A stretch of DNA of 64,000 nt, from contig JANJGN010000210.1 of the NCBI GenBank assembly GCA_026770705.1, positions 806,001 through 870,000 of the forward strand. The letters run 5' to 3'. A model generated the notes under the pieces. The model did no database searches. It was not told where the DNA came from and saw nothing but the letters and a program-made list of their open reading frames with translations. Below are positions 60,560-64,000 of this stretch, in pieces; position 1 is the stretch's first letter; the number at the start of each line of letters is the position of its first letter. This stretch comes from Isurus oxyrinchus (Eukaryota). The position numbers were made by a program, and so were the translations under genes.

Positions 60560-61660
60560 AAAGGTTAACTTCAGTTACCTGGATGGCTGGCGGACAGCAG
60601 AGAGCGTGGATAAATGGCTCTTCTTCGGTTTGGCAGGATGTAATGAGAGGAGTCTGTATGGGGCCTCATCTTTTTAACGATTTACATCAATGATTTGGAT
60701 GAGGTGAGTGAAGTCATGCTAGCTAAATTTGCAGATGACACAGAGATAGGTAGGAAAGTATGCTGCGAAGAGGGCATGAGGAGGTTGCAGGTGGATATGG
60801 ATAGGTTGAGTGAGTGGGCAGAGACCTGATAAATTGAGTGTAATGTGGGAAAATATGAAGGTGTTCACTTTGGCAGGGAGAAGAAAAAAGCAAAGTATTA
60901 CTTAAATGGATAATGACTGCATAATTCTGAGGTGCAGATGGATCCACGTGTTCTAGCTCATGAGTCACAAAAAGTGATTTTGCAGACACTGGAAATAAGT
61001 AAGAAGGCTAATGGAATGCTATGCTTTATTACGAGAGGGATTGAATATAAAAGTACGAATGATATGCTTCAGTTATACAGGACATTGTTGAGACGGCACC
61101 TCGAATACTGTGTGCTGTTCTGTTCTACTTTTTTAGGGAAGGTTGTAAATGCATTACAGGTGGTTGAAAGGAGATTTACTAGATTGATGTCTGGAATGAG
61201 TGGGTTGTCTTATGAGGAAAGGTTGGACAGACTGGGTTTGTTTCCACTGGAGTTTACAAGAGTGAGGGGTGATTTCGTTGATGTATACAAAATCCTTAAC
61301 GGCCGTGACAAGGTGGATGTCAAAAGAATGTTTCCTCTTGTGGGTGAGCCCAGAACTAGGGGGCACTGTTTTAAAATAAGTGTTCACCCTTTGAGAAAAG
61401 AGATGAGGAGAATTTTCTTCTCTCAGAGGGTTGTGCGTCCTTGGAACTCTGCCTCAGAAGGCAGTGGAGGCGGGGTCATTGAATAGTTTTAAGCAGAGGT
61501 AGACAGATTCTTGTTAGGCAAGGGAATCACAGTTATCTGGGTTAGATAGGAATGTGGAAATCAAAACACAAGAAGATCAGCCACGATCTTATTGAATGGC
61601 GGAGCAGGCTCGTGGGGCCGAATGGTCCACTCCTGTTCCCAGTACTATGTTCTTATGTAA
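60560..61660 (+). mobile_element. CR1-type LINE RT fragment and 3' UTR
   Basis: IYINDLDE...KFADDT...KANGMLCFITRGIEYKS...LSYEERLDRLGLFPLEF. Confidence 0.9.
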
Positions 61661-62167
61661 TCAGTTCTTATACCTTTGAAAGCCTTTTTTGTGCTCGCTG
61701 TGTGAGGGTCGGAGAAGATGTGTTGTTAAGCGCCAACAATGATTTCAACCAGTTCACTTGGATATCTCTTAACATATTTCGGGAACATTAAAGCATCAAA
61801 AAAAGTTTTTTAAAAATACACAGACTAATCTGACACCAAAAAGCACGAAATAATGGGGCACGTGACAATGATTGGAAGAGACGGTCTTTGCTTCGGGATC
61901 GGGTAACAAGCTCAGTGTCTGCCATCGTCGGCTGCTCTTGAGGAAGACCCAAAGACACGGTTGTGGGGAGGGGGAACCACATAATTTTCAGCAGTTAGCC
62001 CAGAGGAACAAATGGAAGAGAGAAACAGTGAGTCAATCTGTTTGTTCACTGACCTGTAACTAAGGTGCAGATTGTAATTTAATTGTCCCTCTGGAGACTG
62101 TCATTTAGAATAAATGAGGGATGCTTTGATACACATCTTCGGTAATTCCTTGAGTTTCTGAGAGACG

Positions 62168-62237
62168 ATGCATGGGCCAGCGAAAGGCCTCTTCTTCGCT
62201 ATTTGCTATCCCATTCTCGCTGTTATTGGTGTGCCTG
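62168..62237 (+). CDS. GPR139-like class A GPCR, coding exon 1
   Basis: MHGPAKGLFFAICYPILAVIGVP + G|gtaagt (first half of TM1). Confidence 0.85.
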
Positions 62238-63716
62238 GTAAGTGATGAATCCCGAATAAATGTTTGTGTTGATGTAAATCTCTAGATGTTTAGTCTCTTC
62301 TCTTCAGAGTCTGCATTTAAGGGAGTTCAATCGAATTATATCGGTGCTCTGTATGATATTATACTGTGTTATGTTGGATTATAGCTCTACTTGCGCTTGC
62401 ATTATGGGGCATTGCAAAATATTATTCAATTTATTATGCTGCATATTTAGAGAAATGCTTTTTATTAGAATGCTGAGATATGAATTGTAATGTTTGCCTT
62501 TGCATAGACATTAACCTGTTATATTGTTGAACATCGTGTTTTATTCTAATCCAGTCAAATGCAATCTAGCATTTTGAGTATTGAGCGAGATCATTGCATA
62601 TCATCATGTACTGACCTGCATTTTCGTGCGCTGGTCCTATCAATATATCAGAAAATTAATTGTTACAGTGCAATTATTCAATTAAATGAATTGTAATATA
62701 AAATACTTTCAGTGATAATACACATATACAATGCAACCTCTAGAAGTATGTAAAATTTACAGTATGATTTCCCACTGGGCAGTCCTAATTGTTAATCTGG
62801 CTTTGGGATTTAATCATGGAATCGTTTGAAAAAGGGGAGTGAGGTCTCAAGATTTTTAATGTGCTTTGCTTTGTGCTGGTAGGTCTTATAAATTTTGGAT
62901 AGTTATATTTTTAATCATCAGCGGGATGTGGGTGTCCGTGACAAGATCAACATTTATTGCTCTTCACTAGTTTCCACTTCAGAAAGTGGGGTTGCATTTG
63001 TTTCTTCAGCCGATCCTGTATGTATGGCACGGATGCTTCACAGGAACTTCACCTGATTAATTTCATACTGAACGGCGCAAGGGGATATTTGACCAAAGGG
63101 TACTCACAGAGTTTACTTCTAAGGAACGTTCTAAAGAGGAAAGAAGAGCTGGAGCCGTAGAGGGAGGGGTTTTCAGAGATCAGAGCGTCGGCAGCTAAAC
63201 GCTGAACCTCTACAAATGAAAAGATTAATGCCAGGGGCACGAAACTGCAGAATTGGAAGCATATGATGGATCTCAGACAGTTGCAGTGTGTTACAGGAAT
63301 TGAAGAAGGCGAGATAACAGAAGAAGTTAAAAATGGACGGACGAGGTTATTAAAACAGAGACGTTGCCATTCAGGGGGGCATTGGGCTGATGGATGGGCG
63401 GAACTTTTGCCGTTTTATGCCAATAAGGGCAGCGGTAGCAAATGTTTCAGATAATCTTAAATTGGATAGTTAGGCCTGAAGATTGCCTCAGTGTACAGAG
63501 AGTGAAGTTTGGAGTGAGAATGAGAGGATTGCCTCATGTTTTGACTAATAGTTTATCCAGCATTGGATGCCAGACAATTACCAAAGACTTGACAATAGTC
63601 GCAGCCTGGAGGTGGCAAAATGACGGGTAAGGAGGGTTTAAGTAACAGATTCGATGAGGCAGTATCTCATGTTTGGAATCCGCTTGGTAACATCTCTACC
63701 CCTTTATCCCTCACAG

Positions 63717-64000
63717 CCAACTTGCTAGCGATCGTAATTCTATCTCGAGGGTGCTGCGGGCTCTCCCGCTGCACCACCTACTACCTGATGGCAATCGCGG
63801 TGAGCGATTTCCTGGTCATCATCACCGCCGGCATCCTCAACCGGATCGGCCGCATCTACTTTCAGGACAGTGTCCTCTCCACCACTCCCGCATGCGCACT
63901 CAGCAATGTGCTGGTCTTTACCATCCGGGATGTGTCAGTCTGGCTGACGGTCGCCTTCACCATTGACCGTTTTGTGGCCATCTGCTGTCAGAGCCTGAAG
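63717..64000 (+). CDS. GPR139-like class A GPCR, coding exon 2 (continues beyond the window)
   Basis: cctcacag|(A)NLLAIVILSRGCCGLSRCTTYYLMAIAVSDFLVII...PAC...SVWLTVAFTIDRFVAICCQSLK. TM1 Asn, TM2 Asp and DRF motif; the ANL...YL.A.A..D and TV..T.DR..A.C pattern fits the GPR139/GPR142 family. Confidence 0.88.

Noticed and set aside
63751-63966. 71-aa His-rich ORF
   Set aside because: Alternative frame of the GPCR exon.

Overview
Vertebrate genomic DNA from a cartilaginous fish (shark; species cannot be fixed from sequence), covering an antigen-receptor region. The left end (+ strand) holds a complete, apparently intact IgM heavy-chain constant region: CH1-CH4, secretory tailpiece, TM1 and TM2, all with canonical splice sites. 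Its V-D-J part lies outside the window. Next comes a repeat-rich spacer with decayed tRNA copies and two divergent C2H2 zinc-finger pseudogenes. From about 30 kb there is T-cell receptor alpha/delta-type sequence. It includes an apparently intact NAR-TCR cassette (leader, NAR-like V, J, then a leaderless supporting Vdelta with a CDR1 cysteine) and five decayed TCR V pseudogenes in mixed orientation. A two-exon GPR139-like GPCR runs off the right end. Most notable: (i) an intact C-mu about 26 kb in cis from a NAR-TCR cassette; (ii) no recognisable D segment in that cassette, where a 3'-extended V with a 12-spacer RSS faces a J with a 23-spacer RSS; (iii) a tandemly duplicated 23-RSS behind the supporting Vdelta; (iv) paired CTCF-like sites between the Ig and NAR-TCR parts. 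The rest is CR1/L2/RTE LINE fragments, Penelope-like elements with hammerhead motifs, SINEs, a MITE and satellites. All translations and alignments were done by eye, and repeat boundaries are approximate.
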